A DNA stretch of 64,000 nt. Origin: a virus. The DNA lies in IMG/VR virus record IMGVR_UViG_3300043449_002510, positions 1-64,000 of that record. One strand, given 5' to 3'. The notes under the pieces were generated by a model. That model did not search any database and was not told the DNA's origin. It was given only the letters and a program-made list of their open reading frames with translations. A program made the position numbers and the translations under genes. Position 1 is the stretch's first letter. Each line of letters starts with the position of its first letter. This document shows positions 47,132-57,961 of the stretch, piece after piece.

Positions 47132-47965
47132 ATGCACCCGCAATTAGATAATAAAATAATAACAAGCTTCCTTTTGTATATTGATAATAGAATTCAACAA
47201 GTGGGAGAAGCGTATTATAATACAAATGGATTATTTTATCCAACAATAAGCAATGTAAATGGTTTATATGCTTATACTTGCCCATATAAACAATTATGTA
47301 ATGATCTTTCGGTATCAAATGCAACAGTAATGTCTGGCGTTTATTTAAATAATACATATGTTTCTGTTGGACAATCTGGTTTAGTAGCTATAAATCATTA
47401 TGATGGAGCCGTTTATTTTAATTCAGGTTTACCCAAAAATACTATTGTAAGTGGAAATTTCGGAATTAAAGAATTTTCTGTCTATTTATCTGATCAACCT
47501 GATTATAAATTATTATTTGAAACCAAATATTATCCAAATCCCAGATATGGAAATATACCCAAGAGTGGACTTGCTTTAGATACAAAAACAGCTCCCGCTG
47601 TATATTTAACAATAAAAAGTCAAGAAAATAAACCTCTTGCTTTTGCTGGTTTAGATGATAATTCAATACAATTAAGGGCAGTTATTGTTGCCGAAAATGT
47701 TTATCAAAAGATTGCTGTTTGTAATATATTAAAAAATTTATATATGCGACCATTTAAATTAATAGAATCTACTCCAATTGATTATTTGGGCAATATGACT
47801 GGAATTAATTATAATTATGCCGAACTTCCGGCTAGTACTTTTTATAAACCATTAGTATTAAAAAGTAAAGTTTCTGAAATTAATCTTGATGGTGAGTTTT
47901 TGGATATGAAAAAGCAATTTGCCTTTGTTGACTTTGATATCTCCACTTGGAATGGTAATGTTTAA
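47132..47965 (+). CDS. Putative tail terminator protein
   Basis: Immediately upstream of the tail tube candidate. Confidence 0.4.
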   Translation: MHPQLDNKIITSFLLYIDNRIQQVGEAYYNTNGLFYPTISNVNGLYAYTCPYKQLCNDLSVSNATVMSGVYLNNTYVSVGQSGLVAINHYDGAVYFNSGLPKNTIVSGNFGIKEFSVYLSDQPDYKLLFETKYYPNPRYGNIPKSGLALDTKTAPAVYLTIKSQENKPLAFAGLDDNSIQLRAVIVAENVYQKIAVCNILKNLYMRPFKLIESTPIDYLGNMTGINYNYAELPASTFYKPLVLKSKVSEINLDGEFLDMKKQFAFVDFDISTWNGNV

Positions 47966-48064
47966 AAAGGATATTTTTTCACATAAGTTATTAAAAAATG
48001 TATCTATAATTAGATTTAAGATTTTAAAATCATTATAAAAAATTAATAAATAAAGGAATTTTAT

Positions 48065-48991
48065 ATGCCAACATCAATACCAAGAGTCGCTTATTTTGCA
48101 CAATCTGGAAAGTTAGTTCTTCCAAGAACTGGAATCGGTCAATCTGGAGAAACTATTTATGTTTTACCAGTTAATTCTGCAAATATTGAAGTAACTAGGC
48201 CAATTGAAGCCGTAACTGCTTTCGGACAATTTGATTCTTTAAATACTGCCCAAACTAATATTACCACTTGCAAGAGCACTCTCAAAGTTTATTTGGGAAC
48301 AGGAAATTTAATTTCTGGGTTAACAAGTACTCTTCTTGATGAATTAATTTCGACAACTCAAAGTGGAAAAATTGGAATTATAGTTGAACCTGCCGGTTTT
48401 AAAATGACTGGAATTCTTTCCAGTATTGGAATCGATATTTCTCTTGGAAGCTTTGCAATGGCAGATTTAAGCTTCGATGGAGTAGGAAACCCAGAAATTA
48501 CTGATGGCACATCGTCTGCTACAAGTCCAGGAACCAGAGCTATGACAATTGCTCCTGTCACCACTTTGTCTATTGGCAGTGGTCAAGCTTTATCTGGAAT
48601 TTTTGCTACTTCAATAAAATTCTCTTATGATCTTCCAACTGAAACCCTTGGCGCCCTTGGAGAAAATCCAAACGCAATTCAATCAGAAATGAGAAGTATC
48701 ATTGCTACTAAAGCGCCATATAAATCAAGTATTACTGTTGAAGGATATGGAATTGATCTTTCTAGCGGAAGACTTGATACTAGTATTACTGGAGTTTTCG
48801 GAATTGGAAATATAGGGGTTTCTCTTCCAAAGGCAAAGATTAGTTCTAAATCGTTAAATAACGCCGCCGGTCAAGTTAGTGCAACATTTAGTATTACTGC
48901 TGAAGACGTTGGAGCTACATTTAGTACAATTGGTGTCTCGGGTTACGCTCAAAACTTCTCACAATCTGGTCTTCCAATGTACGGCGGTTAA
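48065..48991 (+). CDS. Major tail tube protein
   Basis: S/T/G-rich beta protein; SD AAGGA; followed by a terminator; upstream of chaperones and TMP. Confidence 0.65.
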   Translation: MPTSIPRVAYFAQSGKLVLPRTGIGQSGETIYVLPVNSANIEVTRPIEAVTAFGQFDSLNTAQTNITTCKSTLKVYLGTGNLISGLTSTLLDELISTTQSGKIGIIVEPAGFKMTGILSSIGIDISLGSFAMADLSFDGVGNPEITDGTSSATSPGTRAMTIAPVTTLSIGSGQALSGIFATSIKFSYDLPTETLGALGENPNAIQSEMRSIIATKAPYKSSITVEGYGIDLSSGRLDTSITGVFGIGNIGVSLPKAKISSKSLNNAAGQVSATFSITAEDVGATFSTIGVSGYAQNFSQSGLPMYGG

Positions 48992-49022
48992 TATTGAAAT
49001 TATATTTAATATTAAAAACATT

Positions 49023-49050
49023 AAACCCCAAATTATTTTGGGGTTTTTTG
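49023..49050 (+). terminator. Rho-independent terminator
   Basis: AAACCCCAAA-ttat-TTTGGGGTTTTTT. Confidence 0.85.
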
Positions 49051-49085
49051 TTTTTATGTGTATATCCTTTTAAGGAAAAAGGATT

Positions 49086-49364
49086 ATGGTGGAAAACAAT
49101 CTCATCTCTCTTCAGATAGAGAAGGAAATAACTTCTCTCTTCAAATTTTATTTAGAAGAACTTGAGCAACTCAAGTTAGATCCAGAAAAACACGAAATAC
49201 TCCGCAAAAAAATATTAGACCATGGTAATGATACTATAAGAAATACTTTAATTTTCTTGGGATATTTTGATTTTACAATAAATACCAAAAAAGTAGAAGA
49301 AGCTTCAAAAAATAGAATTGTTTATAAAAAAACCATTATTTCTAATCCGATTTTTATAAAATAA
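49086..49364 (+). CDS. Hypothetical protein, 92 aa
   Basis: ORF track; SD AAGGA. Confidence 0.7.
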   Translation: MVENNLISLQIEKEITSLFKFYLEELEQLKLDPEKHEILRKKILDHGNDTIRNTLIFLGYFDFTINTKKVEEASKNRIVYKKTIISNPIFIK

Positions 49365-49368
49365 ATAT

Positions 49369-50199
49369 ATGGAAAAAGAAAAGCAAAAATACATCTACGA
49401 AACAACTGTAAAAAAAGAAGTTTTTGAAAAGGTAACTGAAGAACGCGAAGAAAATGGACAAAAAATTCAAGTTACAAAAGAAGTAAAAAAAGAAAAGCCA
49501 GCAAAAATAGCTATTTTAAAACCAGATCGTAAAAAATATAAAGAAGCTGAAATTTTTTACGCAAAAACTCTTTCTAATTATTTAAAAGAAGGCTTGCTTC
49601 CTCATTCATTAGTTTCTAAAAGATATATAAACGATGGTGGTCCATTAACTGAAAGTGAAAAGAAAACTCTTAATGCAATGCGTGATAGATATAACGAATT
49701 GCAAGAAGAATATTTTAAAATGGAGAATCCATTAACTGATGAACAAAACAAAAGACGTGGAGAAATTATTCTCGAAATGAGCGAAATTAATCGTTTAGTA
49801 AAAGAAATTAAAAATTCTTATTCTGATATTTTTGAAAATACTGCAGAAGCTAAAGCTAAAAATGACACCATTGAATGGTGGGTTTTAAATTTGAGCTTAA
49901 TTAATGAAGATAATTCTGAGTACAAGTTATTTTATGGTGATGGAGATTTAGATTCTAAAATTAATTCTTTGGAAAATATTGAATCAAAAGATGACCCTTT
50001 TTATAACGAAGTAATAAAAAAATTATCTTATTTTATTAGCTTTTGGTATGCTTCTGGTGCTAATGCTAGTTTAGAAGATTTTAAATCAGCAGAAGAACAC
50101 TATAATTTAAATATTTCAACCTACTTAAAAGAAGAAATTACCCCCTCTGAAATAGATAAAAAAGTAGAAGAATTAAAAAAGGAAGATAAAAATTCTTAA
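49369..50199 (+). CDS. Putative tail assembly chaperone
   Basis: Charged helical protein between tail tube and TMP. Confidence 0.5.
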   Translation: MEKEKQKYIYETTVKKEVFEKVTEEREENGQKIQVTKEVKKEKPAKIAILKPDRKKYKEAEIFYAKTLSNYLKEGLLPHSLVSKRYINDGGPLTESEKKTLNAMRDRYNELQEEYFKMENPLTDEQNKRRGEIILEMSEINRLVKEIKNSYSDIFENTAEAKAKNDTIEWWVLNLSLINEDNSEYKLFYGDGDLDSKINSLENIESKDDPFYNEVIKKLSYFISFWYASGANASLEDFKSAEEHYNLNISTYLKEEITPSEIDKKVEELKKEDKNS

Positions 50200-50208
50200 A
50201 TTTGAAAA

Positions 50209-51069
50209 GTGGACAATAAAGAAGAATTAAATATTTCAGAAGTAGACGAATTAAAACTTTTTTATTATGAAATTTTGAATGGTTCGTCTTTTATTTCAGA
50301 CAATTCTTTTTTTATAAAACACTTCTCAGAAAGAGAAAGTTATTTAATTCAAAAAAAGAAAATTGAGCTTTTCTATTACTACGCAAAAGAGGGGGTTCCT
50401 CATGAATCTGAAGTTTTAGAAAATTCTTTAAAAAATGGGGAATGGACAAAAGAAAAAGAAAACAAAATCCTTGAATTAAAATTTGCTATTTCTGATAACG
50501 AAAGAAATATTCAAAATATAATAATCGAACAGCGACCTTTGATTCAGGCCGCTATAGATGAGAATAAAAAAGAATTATCTGAATTAATTATTGAAAGAAA
50601 ACAAGTTTTAGGTAAAAGTGTTGAAGATTTAGTTGATGATGATATAAATGACTATATTTCTTTTATATCCTTTTTTAAAGATGAAAAATGTAAAATCTCA
50701 GCATTTGAATCTTTCGAAGAATTTGAAAAAATTGATTTTTATCAAATTTTAAAATTAAACAAAATCCTTTCTTCTCATTATGAGAAAATATCAGAATTAG
50801 TTATTAAGAAAATAGCTGCAATGCCATTTTTTTTAAATAAATTTTCTTATGCAAAAGAAGATATAAGTTCTTTTTTGGGAGTTCCATTAAATGATTTAAC
50901 TCATAATCAAAATCATTTATTTTCTATTGGAATAAGAAATTTAAATGTTTTATCCAATACAAACGGGAATCCTCCAGATTTATCATTGGGAGCAAAACCA
51001 ATAAACTTAGTAAATTGGTACGATATTCAAAATTCTATACTTATTTCAAAAAGAAATCAATCAAAATAA
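50209..51069 (+). CDS. Putative second tail assembly chaperone
   Basis: Position directly before TMP; GTG start. Confidence 0.45.
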   Translation: MDNKEELNISEVDELKLFYYEILNGSSFISDNSFFIKHFSERESYLIQKKKIELFYYYAKEGVPHESEVLENSLKNGEWTKEKENKILELKFAISDNERNIQNIIIEQRPLIQAAIDENKKELSELIIERKQVLGKSVEDLVDDDINDYISFISFFKDEKCKISAFESFEEFEKIDFYQILKLNKILSSHYEKISELVIKKIAAMPFFLNKFSYAKEDISSFLGVPLNDLTHNQNHLFSIGIRNLNVLSNTNGNPPDLSLGAKPINLVNWYDIQNSILISKRNQSK

Positions 51070-51112
51070 GTGTAATTTACTTTATAGTTATAAACTATAA
51101 AGGTAAAAGAAT

Positions 51113-54100
51113 ATGGCAATGCAATTAAATGTTACGGTTAATCCCGTATTTAATAATTCTCAATTTACGGCAGCAGGAGTTCAGGCAGGATCTAATTTTG
51201 CTAATGGATTAAATTCTGCTATTTCTAAATCTCAACCATTAGGCAGAATAACTGGTCAAGTCTCTGAATTTGAAAAATCAATGGAAGCTGCAAACGCTCG
51301 CGTTTTAGCTTTCGGTGCTTCTGCTGGATCTATTTACTTGATAAAAAGCGCATTTGATAAATTGTTTTTCTCTACAGTTCAAGTTGAAAAAGCTTTAGCT
51401 GACATTAATGCGATTCTTGGAGTTGGAAGTTCTCTTTTAAAATCTTTTTCTAACGAAATATTCAAAGCCGCCTCTTTTACTGGTCAAACATTCGAAACGG
51501 CGGCAAAAGTAGCTCTTGAATTTGCTCGCCAAGGTGCTGGAGCGGAAGAAGCTGCAAAAAGGATGAAGGCTGCCCTAGAATTAATGAGAATTTCAGGTTT
51601 AAACGCAGATGAAGCCGTCAATTCTATAACTTCTTCCTTAAATGCTTTTTCAAAAGAAGCTTTAACAGCAGAAGATGTTGTAAATAGATTAACCGCTGTT
51701 GATACTAAATTCGCAGTTAGTTCAAAAGACTTGGCTAATGCACTTCAGCGTGTTGGGGCCGTTGCTAGTGACGCCGGAATTCAATTTAATGAACTCTTAG
51801 GTTTAGTTACCGCCGCTCAAACTATAACTGCTCGCGGTGGAGCAGTTATTGGTAACGCATTTAAATCTATTTTTACTAGATTAGCTAGACCTCAAGTTTT
51901 AGATGACTTGGAGGCCGTGGGAGTTACAACAAGAAATGCTTCTGGACAAATTCTTCCAATGATAAGCGTTTTAAAAAATCTTGCTAATCAATACAACTCT
52001 CTTGGTTCAGCACAGAAATCTTTTATATCTGAATCTGTTGGCGGAGTTTATCAAGTCAATATTTTAAAAGCGGCCTTGGCTGATTTAGGTGATGGCATTT
52101 CTATTTTTGATAAAGCAACAATTGCGGCAGGTCAATCTACTGGATTAATTCAAAAAAGAATGGAAGAGCTTAATGAAACAATTTCTTCCAAACTTAATAC
52201 TTCTGCTGTGGAATTGACAAAATTATTCGCTGATCTTGGACAAAAAGCTTTTGGTTCAAGCGCAAAAGGAGCAATAGACGCCTTTAATAAAAATATATCA
52301 TTTTTAAGTAATGCATTAAGTGACGTAGAGCCAGATGATAATGTTGGAGAACAAATAGGTAAAACCATTGCTCAAGGAATTGTTAAAGGAATAGGGGGAA
52401 TTATATCTGGCCCAGGAGTTCAAATCGCAGCAGTTTTATTAACAAAAATGTTTTCCAACATCGGGAAGTTTGCCATTGAGGCTTCTCGTGATTTTATGGG
52501 AGCAAATGAGGCTTTAAAAAAGCAGGAAAGTATTGTTAGTAGCATTCAAAACTTCTTAAGTAAAAATCCAACTATCCTCCAAGCAATAAAAGCTGGACAA
52601 TTAAATGTAAATCAAGCTCATTTAATTTATTTACAGCAGTTGCAACAAGAAAATCAACTTAGGGCTCAGAATGCTGCTATAGCTACAACAATTGCGACTA
52701 ATGCTGCACCTTATATAACTACTTCTAAAAAACAAACTCCTGGAGCTGGTTATATTCCTAATTTTGCCCAAGATGAAAGTAGTACTGAAAAAAGAATTGC
52801 TCTTAATCATGGATATGCTCCAGGCCCCACTTATAAAAAAATAATTCATGATGGAAAAGGTGGAGCTTTTTTAACTACAGTAAATGGAGCAGAAAATATA
52901 TATAACTTTACTAATAAAAAGGGTTATAAAGCTACAATGGTTGTTCCACCTAATGGATTTGGAGAAAACACAATGATGGCTGGCTCTGGTTTTATTCCAA
53001 ATTTTGCTAAAATTTCTCGAACTGGAACACAAATATCAAATAATAAAAGTTTTTCAACATTAATTAGTGGAAAACATGCAAATGGAATAGATACATTTAG
53101 TGCAAGCTATAATTTATTTACTTTAAATGAAACTAATAAACAGATTGAGAGAGAAGCGAAGGCAAAAAATATAAGTAAAGGAAGATTAACTGAATTAAAG
53201 GCAATTGAATATTTAAAGAAAAAATCTCCAAACAAAAAAGCCAATGACCTTAATGAAATTAATAGTACATATCCTTTTGATTTAGAACAGGGTGGTAATT
53301 TTTATGAAGTAAGGGGAAGAAGAAATGTTGGAGCGACCGCTCTCGTAGCAAAAGCTGCAAGATATAAAATAAATAAAAATAATAAATTTAATAATGTTAC
53401 TTTTGATTCTCCTCCCAAAAAACAATCAGAAGAATTAGGAAATTTTAATTTAATAACTTTAAAAAATTCTATATTAGCTAGCGAATTCTTAAATAAAGGA
53501 AGTGGATTTATTCCAAATTTCGCAGAGTCTTCTTTGCCGCCAATTCCATTTCAAATAGTTGGATTAAATAAAAAATTAAAAAATCTCAAAGAAAAAGCAA
53601 AACAAGATCCAAAACTTTGGGATCAATTTAGAATGGCGTATCAAGACCATGCCATAAAAATTTTTGAAAAAAAATTAACACAATTATATCCGGGAACAGT
53701 AATAAAAAGTTCTACTCCAACTGCAAACATTAGTGGAGCTGGACTTGGATTCACTGGTAAAAAAAGTTTTCCTGGATTCGATGGAGTTACAGAAATACAA
53801 ACAGTTAATCCAGATTTATTACAAATATTAGGATGGCCACCTAACAAAAATTCAGGAAAAATTCTTATTTCAGCAAAATCTGGATCTGAAAAAGGAGCAG
53901 ATGTAAGAGAACAATTCGGAAAAGGAGTAAGCGCTCTTTCTTCATCTGGATATTTAAAACCGGAAGAACCTTTTTATTCACTTGTAGCTGGACTTGTTCC
54001 TGGATCTGGTTTAAAACCAAATAATCCACTTCATCCTTTGGGACACGCCTATGCGTCTGGTTTTATTCCAAATTTTGTTTCTGAAAATGCAATTAATGCA

Positions 54101-57100
54101 CTGAGAGAAATTGCAAGTGGAAAGCGTGGTGGTACGAAAGCAGAAATTGCGAACGCACAAGAAAAAATAAATAAAATTTTAGGCTCAGATAAATTAAGTA
54201 AATCTTTAATATTAACGAACAGATCTTTATTTGGCAAAAAATTAGACTCTGATGCTTTGGCATATATTTCTAAAACTTCTCCAGAACAATTAACCAAAGA
54301 CTTAAAAAGTGGTTATTTAGAGGGATCAATTGGCCACGATCTTTCTAATTTTAGAAATTCAATATTTAGCGCTGGTTCTGGTTTTCTTCCAAATTTTGCT
54401 TATGGTTATTATTCTAAATATAGTTCTTCATATGGCAAACAAAGTGGATATAAACCTAGTAAAAGTTTACAAAAAGAAAAGGAAGAAAAGAGAAGACAAA
54501 AAGAATTATATGGAAATTATTATAAAAGCCCAGAAATAACAAGTAATCCTTGGTCAAAAAATTTCGGTAAAGATTTTTCTGCTTCAGGATTTCTACCAAA
54601 CTTTGGTTACTTAAAAAAAGTAATGGGATTAGAAAAAACTCTTAGCGGCAAGGAGCCAATTTTAGATACCACTACTGGTCCATTTCCTTTTATTAGGAAT
54701 ACAGACCAACCGAATTTTGCAGCAGCGGTCGCTGATCATGGAGGATTAAAAAATGCCTTAAAAGATTCTTCTAAAAATCAAAAAGCCGCTGGAATAATGG
54801 CTGGAGGTGGTTTTATTCCAAATTTTGGAGTAGAAGAAAGTTTAATGCTTGGCGTTGTTCAAGCTTTTTCTGGACAATTATCTTCAAAATTAAAACCTCT
54901 TTCTTTTGGATATGATAAACAAATTGAAGAAAGTCAAAAAGTAGTTTCTGCAGCTCAACCATTAGCCGACGCTTTTGACGAATTAAAAAATAAATTGGCT
55001 TCCGTAAGCAAACAATATAAAGAAGAAGCTAAAAAACGACAAACGCCAAAGAGAAGAGCCGAGCAACAAGCAAGAATCTCAGAAATGAAATCTGTCTCTG
55101 CAGAAATGCGTGTAAAACGAACTGAATATAAAAAAGAAACGGGATTAGATATTAACAGACAAAAAAGAGAAGATCAAGCTAAAAAATTTGTTGAATATGA
55201 ACAAAAATTAACAGGAACAAGAGAAAAAATACAGGGTATCAGTGGTATCGCTTCTATTGTTTCTCCAATGGCTGGAGGTATGGCGGCCTCTGCATTAAAA
55301 ACACTTGGAGTCTCACCAGATACCACAAAGGGAGTAGAAACTTTATTTGAAGGAGCAGGTATGGCTGGACAAGCATTAATGGCCATGCCTAATCCAATCG
55401 GAATAGCAGTTGCTGGACTTTTAGGCGTCACCAAAATAAACACAGCCTTAAATGAATTTACTTCTGGTCTTGAAAAGGCAAAAGCGTCTTATGAAAGAGA
55501 AATGCAATCAATAGAAAAAACAACTAATGCATTAAATTCAATTCAACAAAATTATCAAAATTTAGATAATATTTTAAAATCTGGAACCGCTTCTCTTTCT
55601 CAATTTTTATCTGCAAATAGAAAATTTTCAGAATCAATGGTTAAACTAGCTTCTGCTAATCCACAATTAGCAGAAAAAATGAGAAAAGCCACTACAGAAG
55701 AAGAAAGAATGGCAATTCAGAGTGAATTTTCAGAGGCTTCTGAATTAAAAAAGAGACAAAAAGAATTCGACGTAATGTACGCCGAGAGGAAAAAAGAAAC
55801 AAATGTTTTAGGGTCAAATGTTCTTGCGATGGGTCGTGAAAGAGGGAGATTTTCTGTTGGAATGTTTGCTGGAAAAGAAGAGGAAAAAAAAGTAGAAAGC
55901 GAATTAAAAGAAGCCGCAACATTAATTCAATCTGAAGTTATAGATGCTCTTTCAAAGAGTGAGAAAAAAGAAGAAAGAGATTTAGCGGCAGAAATAACCA
56001 GAGGTTTATCAAAAGGATACATTACTGAAGAAAACAAAAAAGAATTATTAAGTTATGCTGAATATGGAAGAGAAGGAAAACAGTATTCTGAAACTATTGG
56101 CAAAATGGATATTTATGCAGAAATAAAGGCTTCTTTACAAGAGTTATCTAAAATTCTCGATACTTTTGGAATGAGTGCAAGCAGTGTTGAACAATACGAA
56201 AATCTTCTAAAAGAACAAAACGAAATAACTAGTAAACAAAATGCAATAAGAAGAAAACATAACCAAGATTTACAAAACTCACTAAATAGAGGTATTACGC
56301 TTGGGATGATTGAAAATAAAAGACGCCAACAATCATTAGAACAAAAAGAAAGAGATACGGGCATGAAATATGCTTTTGAAGAATCTAATATAAATTTAGA
56401 GTCTTTGGTTTCTTCCGAAGCGGATATACGTTATAGACGCGGAGTTTCGAGACAAAATCAAATAATTGAAGAAGGACAATTAAAACAAGAAAAAACAAAG
56501 AGTGTCTTTGAAGAAAATCGTCTTGGACAATTAATGGAAGTAGTTAAACAACAAATGGAGGCAAAAAATGCTTCTTCATTAAAAAGTGGTAAAGATGTTT
56601 ATAGTATAGAGCCATCTAAAGAATCCCAATCCCTTGCTAATTTTTTAGAATCAAAATCTAAAGAATTTTCTGGAGGAAATGTTGGAAAATTAACTGAATT
56701 ATTAAAATTGACTCCAGAAAAATTTACTGAAGCTTTTCTTGGTCCAAAAGAGAAAGCGCAAAAAGATTTTGGAATTTCGAGTTCAACTTATGACACATTA
56801 TTTACAGATATACAAACCCTTACTCTTTCGGGAAAAAATACAGAAGAAACTAATAATTATTTAAATGATTTATTAAGAACCGCGCAAGAAACCAAGAATA
56901 ATGCTGAAAAAAATGCTTTAGAAACTCAAACTGCAATTAAAGAAATTAGTTTCAAAGAACTAAGTCAATCATTAGGCGGTTTAAGTTTGCTGGAAAGAGG
57001 TGGAGTTAGAAAAGAGCGTAGAGAAATAAGAAGAGCTGAATTTCTTGCTGAACGCGGAGCAACTCCAGAAGCTAGAGCTAGAGGAGCTGCTGCTTTATTA

Positions 57101-57946
57101 AAACGTATACCAGAAACCATGAGAGATGTTAGAAATCCAATGGTTGCTGATTTACTTAAAACAGTTGAATTAGGATTTCGATCTGGCAATGAAAAAGTTT
57201 TATCTGGAACTAAATTAGGTGCTTCTGGTTTAATGGGAAGTCCTGAACAAATGATTCTAGCTCAAACATATGGAAATATAAAAACATCTGGATTAGGAGA
57301 AGACTTCTTTAAGAAAGCGGGATTAACTATTGAAAAAGGAGAGATTGGTCGAGGTCAATTTCAAGAATTAAACACTGAGCCTTTACAACAATCCATAACA
57401 AAAATATCTTCATCTTTATATATTTGGGAAACAAATCTTTTAAACTCAATCAAATCAGTAAATTTTAATTCAGTAAAAACACAACTTTCTGATTTGGAAG
57501 AAGCTTCAAAAGGCGTGACTGACGAATTGAGAAATTTAAAAGAAAGCCTTACTCCGAAAACTCCAGTGGAATCAAAAGGTTCACCAAAAGCTATTCCAAC
57601 TAGTTTCGCTAATTTACAAGCGGTAGTAAGTAAAAACGCACCCTCTGAAACTTTAAATGTTACTCAATCAACTCCAAAAGTTAAAAAAACACCAGCAGGA
57701 AAAGAAGAGGAGTCTAAAAAGACAGAAAATAAATCAGAACAAGGAACGTCTGCATTAAATGAGGAATTAATTGAAAATATAAGATCATTAACTTCTGTCA
57801 TGAATGAAGCTGCAAATGCTTTTAAAGAATCTAAATCAACAATGAGCGCTGATGAACTTAAACGGGCTTTCGGTCCAACTAATGAAATTTTAGGCTCAAT
57901 TCTTGGCGCAACTCAGTCAGATAAAAATTTACCAGTTTCAGTATAA
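51113..57946 (+). CDS. Tail tape measure protein (TP901-like N-terminal core) with internal motif-delimited domains
   Basis: EFARQG, LA.ALQRVG.VA, RGGAVIGNAFKSIFTRL, LEAVGV motifs; long helical A/Q/E/K-rich protein. Confidence 0.9.
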   Translation: MAMQLNVTVNPVFNNSQFTAAGVQAGSNFANGLNSAISKSQPLGRITGQVSEFEKSMEAANARVLAFGASAGSIYLIKSAFDKLFFSTVQVEKALADINAILGVGSSLLKSFSNEIFKAASFTGQTFETAAKVALEFARQGAGAEEAAKRMKAALELMRISGLNADEAVNSITSSLNAFSKEALTAEDVVNRLTAVDTKFAVSSKDLANALQRVGAVASDAGIQFNELLGLVTAAQTITARGGAVIGNAFKSIFTRLARPQVLDDLEAVGVTTRNASGQILPMISVLKNLANQYNSLGSAQKSFISESVGGVYQVNILKAALADLGDGISIFDKATIAAGQSTGLIQKRMEELNETISSKLNTSAVELTKLFADLGQKAFGSSAKGAIDAFNKNISFLSNALSDVEPDDNVGEQIGKTIAQGIVKGIGGIISGPGVQIAAVLLTKMFSNIGKFAIEASRDFMGANEALKKQESIVSSIQNFLSKNPTILQAIKAGQLNVNQAHLIYLQQLQQENQLRAQNAAIATTIATNAAPYITTSKKQTPGAGYIPNFAQDESSTEKRIALNHGYAPGPTYKKIIHDGKGGAFLTTVNGAENIYNFTNKKGYKATMVVPPNGFGENTMMAGSGFIPNFAKISRTGTQISNNKSFSTLISGKHANGIDTFSASYNLFTLNETNKQIEREAKAKNISKGRLTELKAIEYLKKKSPNKKANDLNEINSTYPFDLEQGGNFYEVRGRRNVGATALVAKAARYKINKNNKFNNVTFDSPPKKQSEELGNFNLITLKNSILASEFLNKGSGFIPNFAESSLPPIPFQIVGLNKKLKNLKEKAKQDPKLWDQFRMAYQDHAIKIFEKKLTQLYPGTVIKSSTPTANISGAGLGFTGKKSFPGFDGVTEIQTVNPDLLQILGWPPNKNSGKILISAKSGSEKGADVREQFGKGVSALSSSGYLKPEEPFYSLVAGLVPGSGLKPNNPLHPLGHAYASGFIPNFVSENAINALREIASGKRGGTKAEIANAQEKINKILGSDKLSKSLILTNRSLFGKKLDSDALAYISKTSPEQLTKDLKSGYLEGSIGHDLSNFRNSIFSAGSGFLPNFAYGYYSKYSSSYGKQSGYKPSKSLQKEKEEKRRQKELYGNYYKSPEITSNPWSKNFGKDFSASGFLPNFGYLKKVMGLEKTLSGKEPILDTTTGPFPFIRNTDQPNFAAAVADHGGLKNALKDSSKNQKAAGIMAGGGFIPNFGVEESLMLGVVQAFSGQLSSKLKPLSFGYDKQIEESQKVVSAAQPLADAFDELKNKLASVSKQYKEEAKKRQTPKRRAEQQARISEMKSVSAEMRVKRTEYKKETGLDINRQKREDQAKKFVEYEQKLTGTREKIQGISGIASIVSPMAGGMAASALKTLGVSPDTTKGVETLFEGAGMAGQALMAMPNPIGIAVAGLLGVTKINTALNEFTSGLEKAKASYEREMQSIEKTTNALNSIQQNYQNLDNILKSGTASLSQFLSANRKFSESMVKLASANPQLAEKMRKATTEEERMAIQSEFSEASELKKRQKEFDVMYAERKKETNVLGSNVLAMGRERGRFSVGMFAGKEEEKKVESELKEAATLIQSEVIDALSKSEKKEERDLAAEITRGLSKGYITEENKKELLSYAEYGREGKQYSETIGKMDIYAEIKASLQELSKILDTFGMSASSVEQYENLLKEQNEITSKQNAIRRKHNQDLQNSLNRGITLGMIENKRRQQSLEQKERDTGMKYAFEESNINLESLVSSEADIRYRRGVSRQNQIIEEGQLKQEKTKSVFEENRLGQLMEVVKQQMEAKNASSLKSGKDVYSIEPSKESQSLANFLESKSKEFSGGNVGKLTELLKLTPEKFTEAFLGPKEKAQKDFGISSSTYDTLFTDIQTLTLSGKNTEETNNYLNDLLRTAQETKNNAEKNALETQTAIKEISFKELSQSLGGLSLLERGGVRKERREIRRAEFLAERGATPEARARGAAALLKRIPETMRDVRNPMVADLLKTVELGFRSGNEKVLSGTKLGASGLMGSPEQMILAQTYGNIKTSGLGEDFFKKAGLTIEKGEIGRGQFQELNTEPLQQSITKISSSLYIWETNLLNSIKSVNFNSVKTQLSDLEEASKGVTDELRNLKESLTPKTPVESKGSPKAIPTSFANLQAVVSKNAPSETLNVTQSTPKVKKTPAGKEEESKKTENKSEQGTSALNEELIENIRSLTSVMNEAANAFKESKSTMSADELKRAFGPTNEILGSILGATQSDKNLPVSV

Positions 57947-57961
57947 TATTTAAATAAATGT

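Noticed and set aside
50173-50209. Programmed -1 frameshift at A AAA AAG in the tail chaperone (lambda G/GT style)
   Set aside because: The -1 frame stops at TAA 50187. The downstream ORF is in the same frame, separated by TAA and TGA.
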